The notes under the pieces were generated by a model, which worked only from the letters and a program-made list of their open reading frames with translations, was not told the DNA's origin and made no database searches. The position numbers and the translations under genes were made by a program. DNA of 64,000 nucleotides, from the IMG/VR virus record IMGVR_UViG_3300043427_002668; one strand, given 5' to 3'. This document shows, in pieces, positions 1 to 8,150 of the stretch. The stretch is from a virus (taxonomy: Duplodnaviria; Caudoviricetes). Positions within the stretch are counted from its first letter, which is position 1; every line of letters begins with the position of its first letter.

Positions 1-2
1 TT

Positions 3-509
3 CTTGAGGATGATGTTAATTTTGACATTGTTAGGTATTGGAATTTTACCTGGACTGATTTTTTTGTTGAAGTGCCATATGATTGGGATTGTGTTCAGTT
101 AACTACAATTTGTACTGGAGATATCCATGTTAAGTTGCACTTAAAATTCATCAACGATTTTTCTGCTGCAATTTATTTGATTACTCGTCACCACGCTGCA
201 AAGATGATGAAGCATCATATTCGTGGCGATAAGTACAAATTGGATAATGGTGTAAAACCTAGAGCGGTTTCTGAAGATACTATTTTAGAGACGGGTAAAA
301 CTTATACTATTCCTCTTTTCCTTTATAACCTTGAAATGGGATCTGCAATTCATCCAGAACATCTTGGAATTTTCCATAAGGCACCTCACGATGCTCTGTT
401 GAACTATTGGCAGCAAGCAGGATCTGATATTAATATTAAAGACTATATGAATTATGATCCTTACCTTGGGAGGATAACTGAAAACTCAGCAGCACAACAG
501 ACCACTTGA
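3..509 (+). CDS. 5'-truncated glycosyltransferase family 25-like protein
   Basis: The frame is open from base 3 (LEDDVNFDIVRYWNFTW...) into the tracked ORF 72..509. LEDD resembles the GT25 acidic motif. Confidence 0.55.
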   Translation, partial: LEDDVNFDIVRYWNFTWTDFFVEVPYDWDCVQLTTICTGDIHVKLHLKFINDFSAAIYLITRHHAAKMMKHHIRGDKYKLDNGVKPRAVSEDTILETGKTYTIPLFLYNLEMGSAIHPEHLGIFHKAPHDALLNYWQQAGSDINIKDYMNYDPYLGRITENSAAQQTT

Positions 510-539
510 CACCAGATCAAATCTGGCGTACAATAAATA
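506..539 (+). promoter_or_regulatory. sigma70-type promoter of porin gene with overlapping late-type ATAAATA
   Basis: TTGACA 506-511, 17-nt spacer, TACAAT 529-534, ATAAATA 533-539. The spacer contains the inverted repeat CCAGAT-caa-ATCTGG. Confidence 0.75.
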
Positions 540-648
540 CGTTCTGGTGACGATACCTCAAATACTTGTTGACTCACTGAATAAACGGAGTTATGTCGAA
601 ACTCCTTACATCCGCAGGAAAACTCTGCGAGAAAATATAGAGGTACTT

Positions 649-2121
649 ATGTTTAAATCCGCTTTCGCAGCAACCCTTGCTGCAACTCCACTGGTCGCTG
701 GTGCTGCGTTCGCAGAACCCTATGGCACTTATGGACCTTATGTAGAATCTCAAGTTACGAGCATCTCACAGTTCTCTGATGTTCGTCCTACCGATTGGGC
801 ATATCAAGCACTCAACAACCTTGTAGAGCGTTATGGTTGTGTTGCTGGTTATCCTAACGGCACTTATGGTGGTGGTCAGTCAATGACCCGTTATGAGGCA
901 GCTGCTCTTCTGAATGCTTGCCTGGATCGTGTGACTGAAGTTACCGATGAACTGAAGCGTCTTCAGGCAGAGTTCGCTCAAGAACTTGCCGTTATCCGTG
1001 GTCGTGTAGATAAACTGGAAGCACAAGTCGGTCAACTGGAAGCAACTCAGTTCTCTACCACTACGAAACTTCGTGGTGAGGCTACCTTTGTTCTGGGTGG
1101 AGTTCCTGGACTTGAAACTAATGACGGTGGAAACGTTGGCGACACCGCATTTAATTATGATGTCCGTCTGAACTTCGATACCAGCTTCACTGGTAAGGAC
1201 CTGCTCCGTACTCGTCTGCGTTCTTCTAACTTCAGCACGGATCCTTTTGCTTCTTCGGGTTCCCTTTTCAAACTGGATAAAGCAGATAACACTTCTAGCG
1301 AAGTTGGCGATAACGTAGTTATTGATCGTCTGTATTATCAGTTCCCTGTGTTTAACGACACTACCACCATCACTGCTGGTGCTAAAGTCCGTAACACTGA
1401 GATTGCTTGGGTTCCTTCCGCATATAAGTCGGAAATCCTTGACTTCTTTGCTACTGCTGGTACTCCTGGTGTATATAATAAGGCACTCGGTGCTGGTTTC
1501 GGTATTCAGTATGCTGGTAATGGTGGATTTGTTGCTGGTCTGAACTATGTCGCTCAGGACGGTGATAACTCTTCTACTGGCGTCTTCAATGAAGATGGTG
1601 CTCTGAACCTGCTGGGTCAAGTCGGTTATCGTGGTAAGAACTGGGGTGTTGGTGTTGGATACCGCTATGGTACTGAAGGCACCCGTCCTCGCTCCTACAA
1701 CGGTCTCCTGGGTGCTACTGGTACTCTTGTAGACGGTCAGACTTCTAATGGTCTTGCAGTTAACGCTTACTGGCAACCCGAACAGTCTGGTTGGATTCCT
1801 TCAATCAGTGCTGGTTACGGTTACAACTGGGTTAATGGTACTACTGGTGTTACTGATGCTACTGATAGTCAGTCCTGGATGGCTGGTCTTCAGTGGAGCG
1901 ATGTCTTCCTCAAGGGTAACTCTGCTGGAGTTGCTGTGGGTCAAGCACCTACTGCTGATACCAAAGGTGTAGATGACGCCACTCTTGTTGAAATCTTCTA
2001 CAAGTTCCAAGTGTCTGATAACATCAGCATCACTCCTGCTCTGTTCTACGTTGATAACAATCAGCGTTATCAGGACTCTGCTAAGTGGGGTGGTGTAATC
2101 CAGACCAAGTTCACGTTCTGA
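649..2121 (+). CDS. cyanobacterial SLH-domain outer-membrane porin (SomA/OprB-like)
   Basis: Signal peptide MFKSAFAATLAA..., SLH motif FSDVRPTDWAYQAL, coiled coil, beta-barrel ending in C-terminal Phe. GAGGT RBS precedes ATG 649; the tracked start at 547 is too early. Confidence 0.9.
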   Translation: MFKSAFAATLAATPLVAGAAFAEPYGTYGPYVESQVTSISQFSDVRPTDWAYQALNNLVERYGCVAGYPNGTYGGGQSMTRYEAAALLNACLDRVTEVTDELKRLQAEFAQELAVIRGRVDKLEAQVGQLEATQFSTTTKLRGEATFVLGGVPGLETNDGGNVGDTAFNYDVRLNFDTSFTGKDLLRTRLRSSNFSTDPFASSGSLFKLDKADNTSSEVGDNVVIDRLYYQFPVFNDTTTITAGAKVRNTEIAWVPSAYKSEILDFFATAGTPGVYNKALGAGFGIQYAGNGGFVAGLNYVAQDGDNSSTGVFNEDGALNLLGQVGYRGKNWGVGVGYRYGTEGTRPRSYNGLLGATGTLVDGQTSNGLAVNAYWQPEQSGWIPSISAGYGYNWVNGTTGVTDATDSQSWMAGLQWSDVFLKGNSAGVAVGQAPTADTKGVDDATLVEIFYKFQVSDNISITPALFYVDNNQRYQDSAKWGGVIQTKFTF

Positions 2122-2144
2122 TAAAACACTCATAGGTTGAGTGG

Positions 2145-2171
2145 AAGCACCCCTTTCTGGGGTGCTTTTTT
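2145..2171 (+). terminator. intrinsic terminator after porin
   Basis: AAGCACCCC-tttct-GGGGTGCTT followed by a T-run. A second hairpin CACTCA/TGAGTG lies at 2127-2143. Confidence 0.85.
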
Positions 2172-2195
2172 GTGGAAATCCGAACAAATACCTAC

Positions 2196-2224
2196 TTGAC
2201 TTTTCTTAACAATCCCTATATAAT
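2196..2224 (+). promoter_or_regulatory. sigma70-type promoter of hli operon
   Basis: TTGACT-17-TATAAT. Confidence 0.8.
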
Positions 2225-2250
2225 ATTGTTGTAAATCGTTACAAAAGAAA

Positions 2251-2445
2251 ATGACTGTAACTTCTAATGAGTACGGCCAACAAAATATGTGGGCGAAAGA
2301 ACCCGTAATGTACTATCAGAACTACGGAATGCTGACCCCCAATCAAGTCAAGGAGAGAACTAATGGACGCTGGGCGATGGTCGGTTTTGTTGCTGGTGTT
2401 ATTTCTTATGCTATCACTGGTAACTTCTTCTTCGGTGTCTTCTGA
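2251..2445 (+). CDS. hli: high-light inducible protein
   Basis: AKEP motif and chlorophyll-binding helix ERTNGRWAMVGF. Confidence 0.92.
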   Translation: MTVTSNEYGQQNMWAKEPVMYYQNYGMLTPNQVKERTNGRWAMVGFVAGVISYAITGNFFFGVF

Positions 2446-2531
2446 TGACTGAAACAATCTTCACCTTTACAGGGGTTGCTTTTTTAGTCCTCCTGAGTTA
2501 TGCTGTTGAGAAGGTCGTAGAAACTTACTGA
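2445..2531 (+). CDS. 28-aa membrane peptide (not in ORF track)
   Basis: MTETIFTFTGVAFLVLLSYAVEKVVETY; TGATG overlaps with both neighbours indicate translational coupling. Confidence 0.6.
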   Translation: MTETIFTFTGVAFLVLLSYAVEKVVETY

Positions 2532-2806
2532 TGAGTGCTAATATGTTGGGGCAGTTTGCTCTTGCCCTTGAAAAACTTGGATGGGATACCGATGATGAAC
2601 TTTCTGTTGAAATCGGTGGTGTAGCAGTAACTGGAACTGCAACTCATCCAGATGCTAATGCAAAGTGGGCGAAACCATTTGGGACAGTAACATATCAAAA
2701 TGATTCTTTCATTGTGATTAAAAATAAAACCAGAAGTCCTATGGTTTTCTCGCAACCTAATCCAGAACTTAAACAACAACATCCATATCAAGGAGAAAAC
2801 AAATGA
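2531..2806 (+). CDS. hypothetical protein
   Basis: 91-aa ORF coupled to neighbours in the hli operon. Confidence 0.7.
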   Translation: MSANMLGQFALALEKLGWDTDDELSVEIGGVAVTGTATHPDANAKWAKPFGTVTYQNDSFIVIKNKTRSPMVFSQPNPELKQQHPYQGENK

Positions 2807-2922
2807 ATAAACTGTTTACTGATGCTGCTGAAAAACTGAATGGTCGTGCTGCGATGATTGGTTTCATTGCTGCTACCGCTTCTTATCTCACGACAGGTCA
2901 AATCATTCCTGGTGTATTCTGA
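2803..2922 (+). CDS. hli: second high-light inducible protein, 39 aa (not in ORF track)
   Basis: MNKLFTDAAEKLNGRAAMIGFIAATASYLTTGQIIPGVF with AGGAG RBS. Confidence 0.92.
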   Translation: MNKLFTDAAEKLNGRAAMIGFIAATASYLTTGQIIPGVF

Positions 2923-2938
2923 TTACTAGATTTTAATT

Positions 2939-3514
2939 ATGTTTAATTTTTTCAATAAAAAAGAAGAAAATACTATGGAGGTTAAAATGCGTAGCGAAGG
3001 TTATCAAATTCCTCAAGTAGAATTTGTGTTCCGTGAGGCAGGTGAGTTTGTAACTCGCACTTCTTCCGAACTCTTCAACGGAAAGCGTGTTGTGATTTTC
3101 TCACTTCCTGGTGCATTCACTCCTACTTGCTCTGCATACCAACTCCCTGGTTTTGAAGAGAAGTTTGAGGAATTCAAAGCACTTGGTATTGATGAAATCT
3201 ATTGTATCTCTGTGAATGATGGTTTCGTGATGAACGCTTGGGCTCAAGACCAAAATATTCAAAACGTAAAACTGATTCCCGATGGAAATGCATACTTCAC
3301 CCGTTCGATGGGTATGCTCGTCCGTAAGTCAAATCTTGGCTTCGGTGAGCGCAGTTGGCGTTACGCTGCTGTGGTAGATAATGGTGTGATTGAGAAACTA
3401 TTTGTTGAAGCAGGTCAGCGTGATAATGCTGATACTGATCCTTATGAGGAAACAACTCCAACAGCAGTTCTGGATTATGTGAAATCTACAATTCTAGAAA
3501 AAGAACTTGTGTGA
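2939..3514 (+). CDS. type II peroxiredoxin (Prx5-like)
   Basis: LPGAFTPTCS, CISVNDGFVM and RSWRYA motifs. Confidence 0.92.
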   Translation: MFNFFNKKEENTMEVKMRSEGYQIPQVEFVFREAGEFVTRTSSELFNGKRVVIFSLPGAFTPTCSAYQLPGFEEKFEEFKALGIDEIYCISVNDGFVMNAWAQDQNIQNVKLIPDGNAYFTRSMGMLVRKSNLGFGERSWRYAAVVDNGVIEKLFVEAGQRDNADTDPYEETTPTAVLDYVKSTILEKELV

Positions 3515-3520
3515 TTTAGA

Positions 3521-3545
3521 AGGAGGGTTAAAACCCTCCTTTTTT
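3521..3545 (+). terminator. intrinsic terminator
   Basis: AGGAGGGTT-aa-AACCCTCCT plus T5. Confidence 0.85.
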
Positions 3546-3575
3546 AATAAATAAATTTACTGAATAGGTAAAGAT

Positions 3576-4277
3576 ATGAAAATAGATCTCCATAATTTCT
3601 TTTTACACTACGATCCTAAAAATCCAAAGCACGTTGCAGCAGTAGAGCAGTTTGAAAAGGATTTGGAATCTAAAAATCCAGACTTGCTTGATGATGAAAC
3701 GAGTTGGATAAAAATTTATAGATCAAAAGTAGAACCAGTAGTTCCAGGAGTTCTTAATGTTCCTTGGTTCCCACAAACAGATAATTACAGAGATGCACAA
3801 AGAACCTGTAATTCATCTTCTTGTGCGATGTGTCTAGAGTATTTCAAACCAGGCACACTTCAAGGAGCAACAGGCGATGATGCCTATATTCAAAAGGTAT
3901 TCGCAATTGGTGATACGACTGATCACACCGTCCAAACAAAAGTTTTGGAAGGTTATGGTATTAAGTCACGATTTGTTTACAATCTTTCTTTTGCTGATCT
4001 TGATCGTGAGCTTGCCGCTGGGAGACCTGTCGTTATCGGGATTCTTCATCGCGGTTCTTTATCTGCACCTACTGGCGGGCACTTACTTGTAGTGATCGGT
4101 AAGAAAGGTGATGATTATGTTGTAAATGATCCTTATGGTTCTCTCAACGATGGATATACGGGACCAGTTACAAATGGTAAAGGTGCTGTATATAAGAGAT
4201 CAGATCTAATGCAACGATGGTTGGATAAAGGAAAAGATAGAACTGGATGGGGTCGTATTTTTGATGCAAAAAAGTAA
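3576..4277 (+). CDS. peptidase C39-like protein
   Basis: QTDN...TCNSSSCAM (catalytic Cys), GGHLLVV (His) and VNDPYG (Asp). ATAAATA late promoter at about 3548-3554. Confidence 0.8.
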   Translation: MKIDLHNFFLHYDPKNPKHVAAVEQFEKDLESKNPDLLDDETSWIKIYRSKVEPVVPGVLNVPWFPQTDNYRDAQRTCNSSSCAMCLEYFKPGTLQGATGDDAYIQKVFAIGDTTDHTVQTKVLEGYGIKSRFVYNLSFADLDRELAAGRPVVIGILHRGSLSAPTGGHLLVVIGKKGDDYVVNDPYGSLNDGYTGPVTNGKGAVYKRSDLMQRWLDKGKDRTGWGRIFDAKK

Positions 4278-4310
4278 TTAGTTCTATTCCAGTTAAAGGG
4301 GTAGAACTGA
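4268..4310 (+). other. putative -1 programmed ribosomal frameshift signal
   Basis: Slippery heptamer A_AAA_AAG 4268-4274 directly before TAA, then an 11-bp stem AGTTCTATTCC/GGGGTAGAACT at 4280-4308. Confidence 0.7.
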
Positions 4311-4747
4311 TAAAAGTATTTGAAGGTTGTAAATTAAGAGCATATCCAGATCCTTTGACTGGAGGTGCTCCAATCACAATAGGTTGGGGTTCTACTAGCA
4401 GAAAAGATGGAACTGGATTTATAATGGGTAATACCATTACACAACAGGAAGCAGATGATCTGTTAATGTTTGATATTGAAACAAAATTTATTCCTGCACT
4501 ACAAAAAATCCCTTATTGGAATGAGATGAATGAAAATCAACAAGGAGCACTTCTTTCTTTTGCTTATAATCTTGGTGCTAATTTCTACGGGGGTCCCAAT
4601 TTTAATACCATAACTAGAGTATTAAAGAATAAGGAATGGGATAAAGTTCCTGATGCTTTATATCTTTACCGAAATCCTGGAAGTAATGTAGAGGCAGGAT
4701 TAGCAAGAAGAAGAAAAGCAGAGGGTGATCTTTGGAAAAGAACTTAA
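4274..4747 (+). CDS. GH24 lysozyme domain, probably translated as a -1 frameshift extension of the C39 protein
   Basis: The frame is open from 4265: ...ELIKVFEGCKLRAYPDPLTGGAPITIGWG... ARRRKAEGDLW. Catalytic E-x8-D lies upstream of the tracked TTG at 4355, and there is no ATG/GTG/TTG before it. Confidence 0.85.
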   Translation, partial: VISSIPVKGVELIKVFEGCKLRAYPDPLTGGAPITIGWGSTSRKDGTGFIMGNTITQQEADDLLMFDIETKFIPALQKIPYWNEMNENQQGALLSFAYNLGANFYGGPNFNTITRVLKNKEWDKVPDALYLYRNPGSNVEAGLARRRKAEGDLWKRT

Positions 4748-4784
4748 AATAAATAACAATAGACTTTATTGAGGTGTTATTATT

Positions 4785-6029
4785 ATGGATGAATTTCAAC
4801 TTGAAGAACTGCAAAAGTCAAATCAGCAAATACAGGATACTATCCCTTATGATCCTAATGCTGCATCTAGGTATCCTAATGGATATACACCTGTAGGAAT
4901 TGGTGAAGATAATACTCCAGTCGAACAGGTTGATCCTGTAAACGTTCCTGAAGTAGAAGTAACATCTCCAATATTAAACGACATTATTCCTCAGGACGTT
5001 TATGGGTCTTCTGGGGACAATATTTCCTTTGCGAATAGAAATATTCCAGAGATTGAAAATACAAGAATAGATTCAACAACTCCTATAAGAAACGCAAATG
5101 TCGTTATTAGCAGTTTACCTGGGAATAATATTGTTCCTGATAGTTCTAGCAATAGTGATGGACCACCTATCGAAGAAGATGTGGTAGATCCTCCAGTTGA
5201 TCCAGAGCCTCCTGTAGACCCCCCAGTTGATCCTGAAGATCCACCACCACCTCCACCACCTGAAGAACCTGAAGATCCAGAGGAACCTGAAGAACCTGAA
5301 GAACCTGAAGATCCAGAGGAACCTGAAGAACCTGAAGAACCTGAAGATCCAGAGGAACCAGAGGAACCAGAAGATCCTGAAGATCCTGAAGATCCAGAGG
5401 AACCTGAAGAACCTGAAGATCCAGAGGAACCTGAAGATCCAGAGGAACCTGAAGAACCTGAAGATCCAGAGGAACCTGAAGAACCTGAAGATCCAGAGGA
5501 ACCTGGTGGGGGTAATCCTGGTAATGATAAAGATGTAGGCAATTCCCCTTGGGATGGTGAGACAGGAGCATCAGACAATCCAGGCAAAGGTAATCACCAA
5601 GATGGACAAGATCCCGAACCAAACCAACCTCCAGGCGATTCAAAGAATGATGGAGGACAAAATAATGATCCAAAAGATCCTCCTGGTAATGGAGGAAATG
5701 CTGGAAATGGTGGAGGAAAACCTGATGAACAGCAAAATAATGGATGGGGGAACGGAGATGATGATGCTCCAGGTAATTCCCTCAATCACAATAACGCTGA
5801 AAATGATCAGTCTCCAAGTGAACATTATGATGATTTTGTTGGAAGATTCTTAGAAGAAAATCCAGTAGATCTAAATGTTATTAATACTCACGAAATTCCT
5901 AACGAGCATCCTCTTGATAATTTTGATACTCATATTCCTGATGTTGTATTAGATAATCTCCCAGAGGTTCACTTCGATCACTTTGATCTTCCTACAGATC
6001 ATTTCGATCACGGACCTCATAGTATGTAA
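4785..6029 (+). CDS. acidic low-complexity Pro/Glu-repeat protein
   Basis: 414 aa with a PEEPED array, Gly/Asn-rich segment and His/Asp-rich C-terminus. ATAAATA lies upstream. Confidence 0.75.
   Translation: MDEFQLEELQKSNQQIQDTIPYDPNAASRYPNGYTPVGIGEDNTPVEQVDPVNVPEVEVTSPILNDIIPQDVYGSSGDNISFANRNIPEIENTRIDSTTPIRNANVVISSLPGNNIVPDSSSNSDGPPIEEDVVDPPVDPEPPVDPPVDPEDPPPPPPPEEPEDPEEPEEPEEPEDPEEPEEPEEPEDPEEPEEPEDPEDPEDPEEPEEPEDPEEPEDPEEPEEPEDPEEPEEPEDPEEPGGGNPGNDKDVGNSPWDGETGASDNPGKGNHQDGQDPEPNQPPGDSKNDGGQNNDPKDPPGNGGNAGNGGGKPDEQQNNGWGNGDDDAPGNSLNHNNAENDQSPSEHYDDFVGRFLEENPVDLNVINTHEIPNEHPLDNFDTHIPDVVLDNLPEVHFDHFDLPTDHFDHGPHSM
5259..5504 (+). repeat. coding tandem repeat of 9-nt units (CCTGAAGAA / CCTGAAGAT / CCAGAGGAA)
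   Basis: Directly visible; encodes PEE/PED triplets. Confidence 0.95.
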
Positions 6030-6358
6030 GGATACGCAATACCTTCATTTAACATTCTTTCATTTACAGTGACTGGATCTCCAACACAATAAAGAACTCC
6101 AAGTATTCTTCCGTACTTGTCTTCTTTATGTGTTTCGATAATCCAGTCACCTTCTCTTGCAAGTTCTTTTTCTAACCAAAGTCTTGCATCAATACCTTTT
6201 TTCTTTTCTTCTAAGTCTTTAGTTCTTGTCTCTGCTGCATCAATATCTTTGAGACGAACTCTTTGTCTGAGTGTAATGCTAAATCCTAAATCAATATCAA
6301 CGTCAACAGTGTCTCCATCAATGACCCTGTGAATCTTCTTTATTTTGTACTGATACAT
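6017..6358 (-). CDS. thermonuclease (SNase-like) family nuclease
   Basis: RVIDGDTVDV, RVRLKDIDAAE and DKYGRILG motifs. ATG 6358 has an AGGA RBS; an alternative start at 6451 adds a hydrophobic N-terminus. Confidence 0.85.
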   Translation of the reverse strand: MYQYKIKKIHRVIDGDTVDVDIDLGFSITLRQRVRLKDIDAAETRTKDLEEKKKGIDARLWLEKELAREGDWIIETHKEDKYGRILGVLYCVGDPVTVNERMLNEGIAYPYIL

Positions 6359-6454
6359 TTTCCTGATTTGCGATGAGTAGGATTTTGTAGATAGCCCAAG
6401 CAACACCAACCAAACAAATACCAAGAAGAATATTAACAGACCAAACGACATCTT

Positions 6455-6646
6455 TCATTTTCCCTCTTGCTTATGAATCCAAGTTTTAAGTTCGTGTAAG
6501 TATTGTCTCAGCATATCTGCTTTATGTAGATGCCAAACATCACCACTCTTAAAGTATTCTTGAGTGTGATTATCTATTGCTTTTAGAATGTTATGTATCG
6601 GTGCGTTCCAAGGCTCACGCTTGGGAGTATTCCATTCTCGCGGCAA
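6455..6646 (-). CDS. hypothetical protein
   Basis: 63-aa ORF with TTG start and GAGGTG RBS. Confidence 0.7.
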   Translation of the reverse strand: MPREWNTPKREPWNAPIHNILKAIDNHTQEYFKSGDVWHLHKADMLRQYLHELKTWIHKQEGK

Positions 6647-6655
6647 GGTGACACC

Positions 6656-6757
6656 TCACTTTTTCTTACCACCATTTTTTGCTTTTTTCGCAGTCGCATT
6701 ACCTTGATTTTGTTTTGAAGGTCCTTTCTTGGACTTCTTGTTAGGCGACTTAGACAT
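6656..6757 (-). CDS. 33-aa Lys-rich basic peptide (not in ORF track)
   Basis: MSKSPNKKSKKGPSKQNQGNATAKKAKNGGKKK with an AAGGA RBS. Confidence 0.6.
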   Translation of the reverse strand: MSKSPNKKSKKGPSKQNQGNATAKKAKNGGKKK

Positions 6758-6792
6758 TAGTAGTCCTTATGATGCAAGAGTATTTAGGGGGG

Positions 6793-6826
6793 TTGACAGG
6801 TTCTTCACGAACTGTTATGATAAATA
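6793..6826 (+). promoter_or_regulatory. psbA promoter: sigma70 extended -10 plus late-type ATAAATA
   Basis: TTGACA 6793-98, 17 nt, TGn-TATGAT 6816-21, ATAAATA 6820-26. Confidence 0.8.
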
Positions 6827-6867
6827 CATCAACGGGTTAAGAAATGTAACAGGTTCTTAATCTTTGT

Positions 6868-6985
6868 GCTCCCGTTAACCGAGACCTATGGGAGGGTAAA
6901 TCACGTCTCTCATACCCACACTGGAGGGTGGTGTGGGGAATATTGTAACATCCAGAACCCCCTGGACTTTTACTTACCCTTTAAC
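6868..6985 (+). ncRNA. PhotoRC-II-like cis-regulatory RNA in psbA 5' UTR
   Basis: ACCGAGAC...GTCTCTCATA...GAGGGT pattern and hairpins (CCCACAC/GTGTGGG, TCCAG/CTGGA) upstream of a cyanophage psbA. Recognised from memory of the motif; boundaries approximate. Confidence 0.65.
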
Positions 6986-6990
6986 GAAAA

Positions 6991-8070
6991 ATGACTGCTA
7001 CAATTTCACAACAACGTTCTACTTCCACTTGGGATCAATTCTGCGAGTGGGTTACTTCAACGAACAACCGCCTCTATGTTGGTTGGTTCGGTACTCTGAT
7101 GATTCCAACGCTGCTTGCCGCAACGATTTGTTTCATCGTCGCCTTCATTGCTGCACCTCCTGTAGACATTGACGGCATCCGTGAACCAGTTGCTGGTTCG
7201 CTAATGTACGGAAACAACATCATTTCAGGTGCTGTTATTCCTTCAAGCAACGCCATTGGCTTGCACTTTTATCCCATCTGGGAAGCTGCCTCTCTTGATG
7301 AGTGGCTTTACAACGGTGGTCCTTACCAACTGGTAGTCTTCCACTTCCTCATCGGTATTTTCTCTTATATGGGACGTGAGTGGGAACTCTCCTATCGTCT
7401 TGGTATGCGTCCTTGGATTTGCGTAGCATATTCTGCACCTGTTGCTGCTGCTACTGCTGTTTTCCTGGTTTATCCTTTCGGTCAAGGTTCTTTCTCTGAT
7501 GGTATGCCTCTGGGTATCTCTGGTACTTTCAACTATATGCTTGTGTTCCAGGCAGAGCATAACATTCTGATGCACCCCTTCCATATGCTTGGAGTTGCTG
7601 GTGTCTTCGGTGGTTCTCTGTTCTCTGCGATGCACGGTTCACTGGTGACTTCCTCGCTGGTTCGTGAAACCACTGAGAATGAGTCGCAGAACTATGGTTA
7701 CAAGTTCGGTCAAGAAGAAGAGACTTATAACATCGTTGCCGCACACGGTTACTTTGGTCGTCTGATCTTCCAATATGCTTCGTTCAACAACTCTCGTTCG
7801 CTGCACTTCTTCCTCGCTGCCTGGCCCGTTGTAGGCATCTGGTTCACTGCTCTTGGTGTTTCTACGATGGCTTTCAATTTGAATGGTTTCAACTTTAATC
7901 AAAGTATTGTTGATAGTCAGGGTAAGGTAATCAATACCTGGGCTGATGTACTCAACCGTGCCAATCTCGGGATGGAGGTGTCCCATGAGAGAAACGCACA
8001 TAACTTTCCATTGGATCTTGCAAGCGTAGAAGCAACTCCTGTTGCTCTTACCGCTCCTACAATCGGTTGA
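6991..8070 (+). CDS. psbA: photosystem II D1 protein, intronless, Glu130 high-light type
   Basis: Full D1. D61, Y161, D170, E189, H190, H332, E333, H337, D342 and A344 are present; residue 331 is Ser. Confidence 0.99.
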   Translation: MTATISQQRSTSTWDQFCEWVTSTNNRLYVGWFGTLMIPTLLAATICFIVAFIAAPPVDIDGIREPVAGSLMYGNNIISGAVIPSSNAIGLHFYPIWEAASLDEWLYNGGPYQLVVFHFLIGIFSYMGREWELSYRLGMRPWICVAYSAPVAAATAVFLVYPFGQGSFSDGMPLGISGTFNYMLVFQAEHNILMHPFHMLGVAGVFGGSLFSAMHGSLVTSSLVRETTENESQNYGYKFGQEEETYNIVAAHGYFGRLIFQYASFNNSRSLHFFLAAWPVVGIWFTALGVSTMAFNLNGFNFNQSIVDSQGKVINTWADVLNRANLGMEVSHERNAHNFPLDLASVEATPVALTAPTIG

Positions 8071-8091
8071 TAAAAACTTCATAAGTTTTTT

Positions 8092-8117
8092 AGAGACCCG
8101 AAAGGGTCTCTTTTTTT
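8092..8117 (+). terminator. psbA terminator
   Basis: AGAGACCC-GAAA-GGGTCTCT plus a T-run. Confidence 0.9.
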
Positions 8118-8124
8118 ATAAATA
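8117..8124 (+). promoter_or_regulatory. T4 late promoter of homing endonuclease gene
   Basis: TATAAATA. Confidence 0.8.
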
Positions 8125-8150
8125 AGTATAGAAAATAAGCATTACAAAAA

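Noticed and set aside
547-648. Tracked N-terminal extensions (porin 547, g32 26086, Kelch 57172, g4 30182, Tyr peptides 12415 and 12206)
   Set aside because: Downstream ATGs with clear RBSs and family-typical N-termini fit better.
880-1776. 298-aa antisense ORF and other shadow ORFs over porin, psbA, psbD, talC and gnd
   Set aside because: These are by-products of strong sense-strand codon bias; they lack RBSs and motifs.
5000-5673. Gly-Ser-Ser and LQV repeat ORFs on other frames
   Set aside because: They are mirror readings of the PEEPED tandem repeat.
6991-8070. Group I intron or rogue/sentinel D1
   Set aside because: The frame is uninterrupted at 359 aa and all Mn4Ca ligands are present; only the non-ligand residue 331 differs.
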